A stretch of 32,089 nt of DNA, from positions 1 through 32,089 of the forward strand of contig CAZREY010000001.1 of NCBI GenBank assembly GCA_964599015.1, in the 5' to 3' direction. Origin of the DNA: an uncultured Thiobacillus sp. (GTDB lineage Bacteria > Pseudomonadota > Gammaproteobacteria > Burkholderiales > Thiobacillaceae). The notes below the pieces were generated by a model that was given only the letters and a program-made list of their open reading frames with translations, had not been told where the DNA came from and did no database searches. The first letter of the stretch is position 1; every line of letters starts with the position of its first letter. This document shows positions 9,632 through 20,015 of the stretch, one piece after another. The position numbers and the translations under genes were made by a program.

Positions 9632-9823
9632 GTGAGCTTGAGCGAGGTGTTCATTCCGGCCTTGGCACTCATGCTGGTCATGGAGGGCGTGCTGCCCTTC
9701 ATCGCCCCCGCGGCCTGGCGTGAAGCCTTTACCCGCATGATCCGGTTCAACGATGGCCAATTGCGTTTCATGGGCCTGTTTTCCATGCTCGCCGGACTAC
9801 TGCTCCTCTGGTTGACCCGTTAA
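9632..9823 (+). CDS. yjeT: Small membrane protein, DUF2065/YjeT-like
   Basis: 63 aa with two hydrophobic helices and a GTG start. It occupies the position after hflC and before purA that yjeT holds in E. coli. Confidence 0.55.
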   Translation: MSLSEVFIPALALMLVMEGVLPFIAPAAWREAFTRMIRFNDGQLRFMGLFSMLAGLLLLWLTR

Positions 9824-9841
9824 AAAGCCATTCCCTTTCCC

Positions 9842-10999
9842 ATGACCCCCGCCTGGCTTCTGCCTGAATACATCGAGGACATCCTGCCGCCCTACGCACG
9901 GGCCGCGGAAGGGCTGCGCCGGCGTTTGCTGGATCTGTTCGACAGCTATGGCTACGACCTGATCGCGCCGCCTCTGGTGGAGTATCTCGAGTCCCTGCTC
10001 ACCGGCGCGGCCCGGGACCTGGACCTGAAGACCTTCAAGGTGGTGGACGGCCTGTCCGGCCGCATGCTGGGCGTGCGCGCCGACATGACCCCCCAGGCCG
10101 CCCGCATCGACGCCCATCTGCTCAACCGCCAGGGCGTGGCCCGTCTCTGCTATGCCGGGCCTGTGCTGCGCACCCGGCCCGCCGGCATGCTGGCCAGCCG
10201 GGAGCCCCTTCAGGTGGGGGCGGAACTGTTCGGCCATGCCGGCATCGAGGCGGACCTGGAGATCCAGGCCCTGCTGCTGGCGGCTCTCAAGGTGGCCGGG
10301 GTGCCGGACATGCGCCTCAGCCTGGGCCATGCCGGGCTGTTCAACGCCATGGCGGCGGGCTCCGGCCTGGATGCCGACAAGGCCAGCCTGTTGTTTGCCG
10401 CCCTGCGCCAGAAGGATGCCCCGGAAGTGGCTGCATTGGCGGCCGGTCTGGACAAACCCTGGCGGGATGGCTTCAACGCGCTGACGGAACTCTACGGCGG
10501 GCGCGAGGCCCTGGAACGGGCCAAGGCCGTGTTGCCCCAGTTGCCCGCCATCCACATGGCCCTGGATGACCTGTCCCGCCTGCTGGCGGCGGGGGAGGGG
10601 GCCCGGGTGAGCGTGGACCTGTCCGACCTGCGGGGCGACGGCTACCACAACGGCGTGGTCATGGCCGCCTATGCCGGTGGCCAGGCCCGGGCTGTGGCCC
10701 TGGGCGGCCGCTACGACGGCGCCGGCAGCGTGTTCGGCCGCAGCCGCCCGGCCACCGGCTTCTCCCTGGACCTGCGCCAGATCCTGGACTGCCTGGCGGA
10801 ACCGGCGGCCCGGGGCGGCATCCTGGCCCCCCATGATCCGGACGCGGCCCTCCAGGCCCGCATCGACCAGTTGCGCGAGGGAGGGGAACGGGTGGTGATC
10901 GAACTGCCCGGCCAGGACCGGCACCGGGCCGAATCCGGGTGCGACCGCATCCTCGGCAAGACCAAGGACGGCTGGACCCTCCAGCCCCTGAACACTTAA
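9842..10999 (+). CDS. hisZ: ATP phosphoribosyltransferase regulatory subunit HisZ (HisRS paralogue)
   Basis: 385 aa HisRS-like catalytic-core paralogue (LLPEYIEDILP..., GGRYDG) without an anticodon-binding domain. The hflC-hisZ-purA linkage is common. Confidence 0.85.
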   Translation: MTPAWLLPEYIEDILPPYARAAEGLRRRLLDLFDSYGYDLIAPPLVEYLESLLTGAARDLDLKTFKVVDGLSGRMLGVRADMTPQAARIDAHLLNRQGVARLCYAGPVLRTRPAGMLASREPLQVGAELFGHAGIEADLEIQALLLAALKVAGVPDMRLSLGHAGLFNAMAAGSGLDADKASLLFAALRQKDAPEVAALAAGLDKPWRDGFNALTELYGGREALERAKAVLPQLPAIHMALDDLSRLLAAGEGARVSVDLSDLRGDGYHNGVVMAAYAGGQARAVALGGRYDGAGSVFGRSRPATGFSLDLRQILDCLAEPAARGGILAPHDPDAALQARIDQLREGGERVVIELPGQDRHRAESGCDRILGKTKDGWTLQPLNT

Positions 11000-11011
11000 C
11001 CCATCTCCTGA

Positions 11012-12322
<1,311 letters not shown>

Positions 12323-12340
12323 GCGGCATATGACCACGTC

Positions 12341-12410
12341 ATTCCGGCGGCAGCCGGAATCCAGGCCGCGAACTGGACACCGGCGTCCGCCGGTGTGACG
12401 CGGGGGCGTC
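12341..12410. repeat. Three tandem GC-rich stem-loops (REP-like palindromic units) after purA
   Basis: ATTCCGGC-GGCA-GCCGGAAT at 12341-12360. ACACCGGC-GTCC-GCCGGTGT at 12377-12396. GACGC-GGGG-GCGTC at 12397-12410. None is followed by a T-run. The first resembles the widespread GTCATTCC..GGAATCCAG palindromic repeat type. Confidence 0.5.
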
Positions 12411-12412
12411 GC

Positions 12413-14533
12413 ATGCTTCGCCTGTATCAAAGCCTGCTGCTGATCAGCCTGACCCTGCTGGGGGCCTGCTCCGGCCCGCCCAACAGCCCCTATCCGGCGG
12501 GCCAGACCGGCCAGTCCATCCTCTATTCCGCCTTCTCCGAGCGGCCCAAGCACCTGGACCCGGCCCGCTCCTACAGCGAGAACGAATACGTCTTCATCGG
12601 CAACATCTACGAGCCGGCGTTGCAATACCACTTCCTCAAGCGGCCCTATGAACTGGAACCCCTCACCGTCGAGGCCATGCCGAAGGTGCGCTATCTGGAT
12701 GCCCGGGGCCGGGAGGTGGCGGGCAACAGCGGCCGGGTGGCCTTCTCCGAGTACGAGTTGCGGCTTAAACCGGGCATCCGCTACCAGCCCCATCCAGCCT
12801 TTGCCAGGAAACCGGACGGCTCGCCCCGCTACGTGCCCATGGACCCGGCGGAGCTGGCTGCTATCGAGCGCTTCGGGCAGTTCACGGAAACCGGCACACG
12901 GGAACTGGTGGCCGCCGACTATGTATTCCAGATCCGGCGCCTGGCGGACCCCCGGGTACAGTCGCCCCTGCTGGGGCTCATGGCGGAGTACATCGTGGGC
13001 CTGAAGGAGTTGGCCCGGGCCCTGGCCGAGGCGGCGAAAACAGCCCCCCGGGACGACTATCTTGATCTGAACCGGTTTGATTTTCCCGGTGCAACGGTGG
13101 TGGATAAATACACCTGGCGCATCCGCATCAACGGCAAGTATCCCCAGTTCCAGTACTGGCTGGCCATGTCCTTCTTCGCGCCGGTGCCGGAGGAGGCGGA
13201 GCGTTTCTACCGCCAGCGGGGCATGGCGGAGAAAAACTTCACCATCGACTGGCAGCCCGTGGGCACGGGGGCCTACTTCCTGGCGGAGAACGATCCCAAC
13301 CGGGTCATGGTTCTCAAGCGCAATCCCAACTACCACGATGACTTCTTTCCGCCGGGCCATCCCGACGCAGGCAAGCGCCTGCCCATGGTGGAACAGGTGA
13401 TCTACTCCCTCGAAAAGGAGGATGTGCCCTACTGGAACAAGTTCCTGCAGGGATACTACGACGCCTCCGGGGTAAGCTCCGACAGCTTCGACCAGGCCAT
13501 CCGCATCGGCGCCGACGGCACGCCGGACCTGACGCCGGACATGAAGCAGCGGGGCATCCAGCTCACCACCAGCGTGCGGACCTCAAACTGGTACCTGGGC
13601 TTCAACATGCTGGACCCGGTGGTGGGCAGTCTCTCCGAGCGGAACCGCAAGCTGCGCCAGGCCATTTCCATCGCCCTGGACTATGAGGAGTTCATCTCCA
13701 TCTTCCTCAACGGCCGGGGCCTGCCTGGCCAGGGGCCATTGCCGCCGGGCATATACGGCCAGCGGGAGGGCCAGGCCGGCATCAATCCGGTGGTGTACAC
13801 CTGGGATGGCGGGCAGCCCCGCCGACGTCCTCTGGGAGAGGCCCAACGACTGCTGGCCGAGGCGGGCTATCCCAACGGCCGGGACGCCCGTTCGGGGGAG
13901 CCCCTGACCTTGTACTTCGACACCATGGCCAGCGGCCCGGAGGCCAAGTCCCGCCTGGACTGGTACCGCAAGCAGTTCGCCAAGCTGGGGGTCCAGCTGG
14001 TGGTCAGGTCCACGGACTACAACCGCTTCCAGGACAAGATGCGCAAGGGCAACGCCCAGCTGTTCGAGTGGGGCTGGAACGCCGACTACCCGGACCCGGA
14101 GAACTTCTTCTTCCTGCTCTACGGCCCCAACAAGAAGGTGGGCAGCAACGGGGAGAACGCCGCCAATTATGAAAACCCTGCCTTCGACCGCCTGTTCGAG
14201 CGGGTGAAGGAAATGGAAAACGGCCCCGCGCGCCAGGCGGTCATCGACGAGATGGTGAAGATCGCCCGGGAGGATGCCCCCTGGGTGTTCGCCTTCTATC
14301 CCAAGAGCTTCGGCCTGCGCCACGGCTGGGTCATGAACGCGGAACCCAATCTCATGGCCCACAATCAGCTCAAGTACCGGCGCGTGGACGGACCGGCCCG
14401 GGCGGCCTACCAGGAAAGGTGGAACAAGCCCGTGTGGTGGCCCCTGGTGTTGACCGTGGCCCTGCTGGCGGCGGCCATCTGGCCCGCGGTGGCGGCCTAT
14501 CGCAAACGCCTGAGGGCAACAGCCGGTGCTTAA
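12413..14533 (+). CDS. Peptide/nickel-type (family 5) ABC transporter substrate-binding lipoprotein with C-terminal TM anchor
   Basis: ATG at 12413 gives MLRLYQSLLLISLTLLGAC with a lipobox (alternative GTG at 12395). Large family-5-like body. The C-terminus is PVWWPLVLTVALLAAAIWPAVAAY followed by RKRLR. First gene of a binding protein-permease-permease-fused ATPase set in yejABEF-like order. Confidence 0.8.
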   Translation: MLRLYQSLLLISLTLLGACSGPPNSPYPAGQTGQSILYSAFSERPKHLDPARSYSENEYVFIGNIYEPALQYHFLKRPYELEPLTVEAMPKVRYLDARGREVAGNSGRVAFSEYELRLKPGIRYQPHPAFARKPDGSPRYVPMDPAELAAIERFGQFTETGTRELVAADYVFQIRRLADPRVQSPLLGLMAEYIVGLKELARALAEAAKTAPRDDYLDLNRFDFPGATVVDKYTWRIRINGKYPQFQYWLAMSFFAPVPEEAERFYRQRGMAEKNFTIDWQPVGTGAYFLAENDPNRVMVLKRNPNYHDDFFPPGHPDAGKRLPMVEQVIYSLEKEDVPYWNKFLQGYYDASGVSSDSFDQAIRIGADGTPDLTPDMKQRGIQLTTSVRTSNWYLGFNMLDPVVGSLSERNRKLRQAISIALDYEEFISIFLNGRGLPGQGPLPPGIYGQREGQAGINPVVYTWDGGQPRRRPLGEAQRLLAEAGYPNGRDARSGEPLTLYFDTMASGPEAKSRLDWYRKQFAKLGVQLVVRSTDYNRFQDKMRKGNAQLFEWGWNADYPDPENFFFLLYGPNKKVGSNGENAANYENPAFDRLFERVKEMENGPARQAVIDEMVKIAREDAPWVFAFYPKSFGLRHGWVMNAEPNLMAHNQLKYRRVDGPARAAYQERWNKPVWWPLVLTVALLAAAIWPAVAAYRKRLRATAGA

Positions 14534-15503
14534 CTATCTCATCCGCCGCCTGCTCTACGCCGTGCCCATCCTGCTGGGGGTGAATCTGCTCACCTTCGCC
14601 CTGTTCTTCATGGTGAACACTCCGGACGACATGGCCCGCATTCACCTGGGGGCCAAGCGGGTGACGGCGGAGGCCATCGCCGGCTGGAAGGCGGAGCACG
14701 GCTATGACAAGCCTCTGTTCGTGAACCACCAGGCGGCAGGGATGGGGCAGGTGACGGATACCCTGTTCGTGGAGAAATCCCTGAAGTTGTTCGCCTTCGA
14801 CTTCGGCATGGCCGACGACGGCCGGGACATCGCCCGGGAGATCAAGGCGCGCATGGGCCCGTCCCTGGCCATCGCCCTGCCCACCTTCCTGGTGGGGCTG
14901 CTGTGCTACGTGACTTTCGCCCTGTTGCTGGCCTTCTTCCGGGGCACTGCCCTGGATACGGGGGGCGTGATCCTGTGCGTGGCGTTGATGTCCATCTCCG
15001 GCCTGTTCTATGTCATCGGCGGCCAGTACCTCATGGGCAAGCTGTGGCACTGGTTCCCCATCTCCGGCTGGCAGCCGGGATTGGACGCCTGGAAGTTCCT
15101 GGTGATGCCCGTGGTGGTGGGCCTGGTGGCGGGCATCGGCGATTCCACCCGCTTCTACCGCGCCCTGTTCCTGGAGGAGATGGGCAAGGACTACGTGCGC
15201 ACCGCCCGGGCCAAAGGCCTGTCCGATGCGCGGGTGCTGTTCCGGCACGTGCTGGGCAACGCCATGATTCCAATACTGACCGGGGTGGTGGTGGTGATTC
15301 CCCGCCTGTTCCTGGGCAGCCTGATCATCGAATCCTTCTTCGGCATCCCGGGCCTGGGCAGCTACACCATCGACGCCATCCAGGCCCAGGACTTCGCCAT
15401 CGTGCGCTCCATGGTGTTCCTGGGCTCCGTGCTGTACATCATCGGCCTGATGCTGACGGATCTCTCCTACACGCTGGTGGACCCCCGGGTGAGGCTGGAA
15501 TGA
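14526..15503 (+). CDS. ABC transporter permease (DppB/YejB-like)
   Basis: 325 aa, GTG start overlapping the binding-protein stop. Multiple TM segments and an EAA-type loop LFLEEMGKDYVRTARAKGLS. Confidence 0.85.
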   Translation: MLNYLIRRLLYAVPILLGVNLLTFALFFMVNTPDDMARIHLGAKRVTAEAIAGWKAEHGYDKPLFVNHQAAGMGQVTDTLFVEKSLKLFAFDFGMADDGRDIAREIKARMGPSLAIALPTFLVGLLCYVTFALLLAFFRGTALDTGGVILCVALMSISGLFYVIGGQYLMGKLWHWFPISGWQPGLDAWKFLVMPVVVGLVAGIGDSTRFYRALFLEEMGKDYVRTARAKGLSDARVLFRHVLGNAMIPILTGVVVVIPRLFLGSLIIESFFGIPGLGSYTIDAIQAQDFAIVRSMVFLGSVLYIIGLMLTDLSYTLVDPRVRLE

Positions 15504-15506
15504 ATA

Positions 15507-15588
15507 ACTTCCGGAAGTGGAGAATGGGGAATGGGGAGTGGGGGACAGGTGCCTTCCCACTTCCCACTTCCCACTCCCGACTACCCAC
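15507..15588 (+). repeat. Heptad-periodic G-rich/C-rich inverted-repeat element between the two permease genes
   Basis: 12-nt palindrome ACTTCCGGAAGT at 15507-15518. Left arm TGGAGAA, TGGGGAA, TGGGGAG, TGGGGGA at 15518-15545. 7-nt loop CAGGTGC. Right arm CTTCCCA x3, CTCCCGA, CTACCCA at 15553-15587. ATG at 15589. Confidence 0.7.
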
Positions 15589-16743
15589 ATGAAGCCCGTC
15601 GTCCTCTGGTCCGATGCCCTGCTGTTCCTGCTCCTGGCGGGGGTGATCGCCCTGGTCTGGACCATGCGCCATCAGGACTGGCTGCGGGATCCCTGGCGCC
15701 AGGTGATGAAGAGTCGCCTGGGGGCCTCCAGCGCTGTCGTGCTGGCCTGTTTCCTGGCCGTGGGGCTGCTGGATTCCCTGCACTACCGGGAGCGGCTGCC
15801 GGACGAGCCGGGCGCGCTGGACAAGCCGGCGCAATACTCCGGCGAGGTGCTCTCGGCCCTGGACTGGCTGCTCACCGGCCTGCGCACCCGGACCGAGAAG
15901 ACCTATTCCGCTCCCCTGGCCACCCACCTCTATGTCAAGGAGAGCATGAAGGGGCCCGATGGACGGGAGGTCCGGGACTATCCGCCCCTGCAATATCCGG
16001 GCACCCACCTGCTGGGCACCGACAAGGTGGGCCAGGACGTGCTCTACCTGTCCCTGAAGAGCATCCGTACCGGGCTGCTCATCGGCACCCTCACCACCCT
16101 GGTCATGCTGCCCTTCGCCATCGGCCTGGGCATCGCCGCCGGCTACTACGGCGGCCGGGTGGACGACGTGATCCAGTATCTCTACACCACCCTCAATTCC
16201 ATTCCCGGCGTGCTGCTCATCGCCGCCGCGGTGCTGGTGGTGCAGGTGCAGATCGAGGCCCATCCCGAGCTGTTCGACACCGCCGCCGCCCGGGCCGACG
16301 TGCGCCTGCTGGCCCTGTGCGGCATCCTGGGCCTCACCGGCTGGACGGGCCTGGCCCGCCTGCTGCGGGGCGAGGCCCTGAAGCTGCGGGAGCTGGAATT
16401 CGTCCAGGCCGCCCAGGCCTTCGGCGTACCCAGGGCACGCATCCTGGCGCGGCACCTGCTGCCCAACGTCATGCACCTGGTGCTCATCACCGCGGTCATC
16501 GATTTCTCCGGTCTGGTGCTGGCGGAGGCGGTGTTGTCCTATGTGGGGGTAGGCGTGGACCCGGCCATGAACAGTTTCGGCAACATGATCAACGGCGCCC
16601 GCCTGGAACTGGCCCGGGAGCCGGTGGTGTGGTGGCAGCTGGCCGCAGCCTTCGTGTTCATGTTCGTGCTGGTGCTGGCCGCCAACCTGTTCGCCGACGC
16701 GGTGCGCACGGCCCTGGACCCCAAGTCGGAGCGCAAGGCATGA
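15589..16743 (+). CDS. ABC transporter permease (DppC/YejE-like, with extended periplasmic loop after TM1)
   Basis: Start chosen at MKPVVLWSDALLFLLLAG. The upstream in-frame start at 15517 lies inside the repeat element. EAA-type loop LRGEALKLRELEFVQAAQAFG. Confidence 0.85.
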   Translation: MKPVVLWSDALLFLLLAGVIALVWTMRHQDWLRDPWRQVMKSRLGASSAVVLACFLAVGLLDSLHYRERLPDEPGALDKPAQYSGEVLSALDWLLTGLRTRTEKTYSAPLATHLYVKESMKGPDGREVRDYPPLQYPGTHLLGTDKVGQDVLYLSLKSIRTGLLIGTLTTLVMLPFAIGLGIAAGYYGGRVDDVIQYLYTTLNSIPGVLLIAAAVLVVQVQIEAHPELFDTAAARADVRLLALCGILGLTGWTGLARLLRGEALKLRELEFVQAAQAFGVPRARILARHLLPNVMHLVLITAVIDFSGLVLAEAVLSYVGVGVDPAMNSFGNMINGARLELAREPVVWWQLAAAFVFMFVLVLAANLFADAVRTALDPKSERKA

Positions 16744-18593
16744 ACGGGCCCCTGAAGGGTTTGAAGGTCGACAACCTGCGCGTGGAAATCGATGCCGGCG
16801 GGCGCCGGCTGGTGCCGGTGGACGGTGTCAGCTTCCAGGTGGGGGCCAATGAGTGCGTCGCCCTCCTGGGGGAATCGGGCTGCGGCAAGTCCATGACCGC
16901 CCTGGGCCTCATGCGCTTGCTGCCGGAAGGGGCGCGCATCGCCGCAGGACGCGTGGATCTGGAAGGCGATGACCTGCTGGCCTTGCCCGAAACCGCCATG
17001 CGTCCCGTTCGGGGCGGCCGCCTGGCCATGATCTTCCAGGAGCCCATGACCAGCCTCAACCCGGTGATGACCGTGGCGGAGCAGATCGGCGAGGCCCTGG
17101 CCTCCCATCGCGGCCAGACAGGCCCCCAGGCACGGGTCGAGTCGGAACGGCTGTTGGCCGCCGTGGACCTGGCCGCCGACAAGCTTGATGCCTATCCTTT
17201 CCAGCTCTCCGGCGGCCAGCGCCAGCGGGCCCTGATCGCCATGATGCTGGCCGGGGAGCCGGAGGTGCTCATTGCCGACGAACCCACCACCGCCCTGGAC
17301 GTCTCCGTCCAGGCCCAGATACTCAAACTGCTGAAGCAGTTGCAACGGGACCGGGGCATGGGCCTGCTGCTCATCACCCATGACCTGGATGTTGCCTCCG
17401 ACATGGCCGACCGGGTGGCGGTGATGTATGCGGGCCAGATCGTGGAATGGGCCGCCCGGGAGCAGCTCTACACGGCGCCCCGGCACCCCTATACGCAAAA
17501 ACTGTTCGCCGTGCTGCCCCGCCTGGAGCGGCGCGGCCACCGACTGGACAGCCTGCCGGGCCGGGTGCCTGGTCCCGACGCGGCCATCCCCGGCTGTCGT
17601 TTCGCCGAGCGATGCCCCGCAGTGTTCGATCGTTGCCGGATGGAAGCGCCGGCCTTCCATGAAGTGGAGCCAGGGCATTTCGCGCGTTGCCACCTGATGG
17701 CGGAGGGCAGGGGGCCGGTGGAGGGCAGCGGGCGGCATGAGGCGGGCGGCATACGCTCAGCCGCCGCCGCCAGCGACTCGCCCCTGGCCACTCGCCAAGC
17801 GGTTCTGGAGGTGCGCGACCTGGCCGTCCACTTCCCCATCCGCAAGGGATTGCTGCGCCGGGCCGTGGACCACTTCAAGGCCGTGGACGGCGTCAGCCTG
17901 GCCATCGCCGCGGGGGAGACCCTGGCCCTGGTGGGTGAGTCCGGCTGCGGCAAAACCACTCTGGCCCGGGCAGTGCTGCGCCTACAGGAACCCACCGCCG
18001 GCATGGTGAGGGTGGACGGGGCGGACCTGGGCGCCTTGCGGGGCGAGGCCCTGCGCCGCAAGCGGCGGGACATGCAGATCGTGTTCCAGGATCCCTTCTC
18101 CAGCCTGAACCCGCGCATGAAGATAGGCGCCATCCTGGAGGAGGGCATGGCCTCCCTGCTGCCGGAACTGGATGCCCGCGACAGGGCCCTGAGGGTGGTG
18201 GAATTGCTGGAGCAGGTGGGCCTGCCCGGTGACGCGGCGGGCCGCTATCCCCATGAATTCTCCGGTGGCCAGCGCCAGCGCATCGCCATTGCCCGGGCCC
18301 TGGCGGTGGAACCCAAGCTGCTGATCCTGGACGAGCCCACCAGCGCCCTGGATGTGTCCGTTCAGGCCCAGATCCTCAATCTGCTGGCGGATATCCAGGC
18401 CCAGCAGGGGCTGGCCTACCTGTTCATCACCCACAACCTGTCGGTGGTGGGCTACCTGGCCCACCGGGTGGCCGTGATGCGGGGCGGGCGGATCGTGGAG
18501 GAGGGGGTGACGGAGGCGGTGTTGACCCGGCCCCGTTCCGAATACACCCGGCAGTTGCTGGAAGCGGCGCCAGGACGGGAAAACAGGACTTAA
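16740..18593 (+). CDS. Fused double ABC ATPase (YejF/GsiA-like)
   Basis: ATG at 16740 overlaps the permease stop (ATGA). Two Walker A motifs ([16 protein letters not shown]). Two signature motifs ([16 protein letters not shown]). Cys-rich oligopeptide-type C-terminal segment after the first half. The 1020 aa track ORF from 15531 is an artefactual upstream extension. Confidence 0.9.
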   Translation: MNGPLKGLKVDNLRVEIDAGGRRLVPVDGVSFQVGANECVALLGESGCGKSMTALGLMRLLPEGARIAAGRVDLEGDDLLALPETAMRPVRGGRLAMIFQEPMTSLNPVMTVAEQIGEALASHRGQTGPQARVESERLLAAVDLAADKLDAYPFQLSGGQRQRALIAMMLAGEPEVLIADEPTTALDVSVQAQILKLLKQLQRDRGMGLLLITHDLDVASDMADRVAVMYAGQIVEWAAREQLYTAPRHPYTQKLFAVLPRLERRGHRLDSLPGRVPGPDAAIPGCRFAERCPAVFDRCRMEAPAFHEVEPGHFARCHLMAEGRGPVEGSGRHEAGGIRSAAAASDSPLATRQAVLEVRDLAVHFPIRKGLLRRAVDHFKAVDGVSLAIAAGETLALVGESGCGKTTLARAVLRLQEPTAGMVRVDGADLGALRGEALRRKRRDMQIVFQDPFSSLNPRMKIGAILEEGMASLLPELDARDRALRVVELLEQVGLPGDAAGRYPHEFSGGQRQRIAIARALAVEPKLLILDEPTSALDVSVQAQILNLLADIQAQQGLAYLFITHNLSVVGYLAHRVAVMRGGRIVEEGVTEAVLTRPRSEYTRQLLEAAPGRENRT

Positions 18594-19900
18594 CCCGCCG
18601 CGCCGGCGGGGATATCCAGTTCCATGCCCGGCTTGATGCGATCCGTGATGTCGTTAAGTCTCCGGATGTCCGCGACCGGCACGTCGTACAGGCGGGCCAG
18701 CTTCATCAGGGTCTCGCCCTTGCGCACCGTGTGCTTGCGCAGGGCGGCGGGCTGTTTTTCGTCCTTGACGGAGACCCGGGCCTTGGGCGCGCCCTTGCCG
18801 GCGGCCACCTTGGGCACCACCAACTCCTGGGTCTTGGTGAGCCTGCCGCGCCAGGGCTTGATGGGATTGTGTTCCTGCAGCCACTCCACGCTGACATTGA
18901 AGCGTTGCGCGATGCGGGCGACGCTCTCCCCTTTTTTCGCGCTATAGGCTTGCAAGGTGCCTTTCTCGAAACCCTGACGGTGCAGATTGAACTGGAAGGT
19001 CTCCACCCGGTCCGCGGGCAAGAGCAGGACACCACGGGTGTCGGTATGGATGACGCGGCGCTGGAAACCGGGGTTGAGGGCGGCGAACTCATCCAGGCTC
19101 ATCTCCGCCAGGCGGGCGGCCGTGCGGGCCTCGATGGGGCGCTTGAGGCTGATGGGCATGAAATAGGGCTCGTTGGCCATGGGGTCCAACTGGATGCCGA
19201 AGCGTTCCGGGTCCTGGATGATGTTGCGTACCGCCACCAGCTTGGGTACGTAGTGCCGGGTCTCGGTGGGCAGCTTCAGGCCGGCGTAGTGCTTGCCGCC
19301 CCGGGCCACGGCCCGTTGCACGCAGCCTTCGCCGCAGTTGTAGGCGGCCAGGGCCAGTTCCCAGTCGCCGAACATGCCGTATAGATTCTGCAGGTAATCC
19401 AGGGCCGCCTGGGTCGCCTGCACCACGTCACGACGGCCGTCATACCAGCCATTCTGGCGCAGGCCGTAAACCTTGCCCGTGGAGGGGATGAACTGCCAGA
19501 TGCCGGAGGCCTTCATGGGCGACAGGGCATTGGGGTTGAATGCCGATTCGATCATGGGCAGGAGGGCGATCTCCATGGGCATGCCGCGTTTCTCCACCTC
19601 TTCCGCGATGTGGTAGAGATAGAGCCGGCTGCGCTCGGCGGCCCGTTCCAGATGACCGGGGTGTTGCTCGAACCAGCGTTCATGCATACGCGTGAGTTCG
19701 GGATTGGATTCCGGCAGTTCGAAGCCGGCGCGGACCCGGTCCCACAAGTCGGACCTGCCGTTGCTGGGCATAGGGGTGCCGGCCATGGCGTAACTAATCT
19801 TGAGCTCCGGCGTGGGGGCGGGGACCTCACCCGCCTGGGCCTGGAGGACGGCACCGGCCAGACACAGAAAGGCAATGTTTGCGGTCAGCCACGGCTTCAT
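18590..19900 (-). CDS. mltD: Membrane-bound lytic murein transglycosylase D (SLT domain plus two LysM domains)
   Basis: Signal peptide MKPWLTANIAFLCLAGAVLQAQA. SLT catalytic region IESAFNPNALSPMKASGIWQFIPSTG. Two LysM repeats (YSAKKGESVARIAQRFNV..., HTVRKGETLMKLARLYDV...). ATG at 19900 is preferred over the TTG at 19924. Confidence 0.85.
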   Translation of the reverse strand: MKPWLTANIAFLCLAGAVLQAQAGEVPAPTPELKISYAMAGTPMPSNGRSDLWDRVRAGFELPESNPELTRMHERWFEQHPGHLERAAERSRLYLYHIAEEVEKRGMPMEIALLPMIESAFNPNALSPMKASGIWQFIPSTGKVYGLRQNGWYDGRRDVVQATQAALDYLQNLYGMFGDWELALAAYNCGEGCVQRAVARGGKHYAGLKLPTETRHYVPKLVAVRNIIQDPERFGIQLDPMANEPYFMPISLKRPIEARTAARLAEMSLDEFAALNPGFQRRVIHTDTRGVLLLPADRVETFQFNLHRQGFEKGTLQAYSAKKGESVARIAQRFNVSVEWLQEHNPIKPWRGRLTKTQELVVPKVAAGKGAPKARVSVKDEKQPAALRKHTVRKGETLMKLARLYDVPVADIRRLNDITDRIKPGMELDIPAGAAG

Positions 19901-19942
19901 GGGCGGTAGGGCGCGTGAACGCAATCAATTGATAACGTTTGG

Positions 19943-19971
19943 ATTTTACCGGTCCCCCCGTCACCCTCCAA
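19943..19971 (-). promoter_or_regulatory. Possible sigma-70 promoter for mltD
   Basis: The minus strand reads TTGGAG, a 17 nt spacer and TAAAAT, about 40 nt upstream of the ATG at 19900. Motif match only. Confidence 0.25.
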
Positions 19972-20015
19972 GGAATAACCGGGTTTGTCGGAAAGTTTTA
20001 CAGAAAAATAAATTT

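Noticed and set aside
15531-16739. The N-terminal 403 codons of the 1020-aa ORF 15531-18593
   Set aside because: This part overlaps the second permease gene out of frame and is Arg/Pro/Gly-rich. The ATPase homology begins at the ATG at 16740 ([10 protein letters not shown]...), which overlaps the permease stop.
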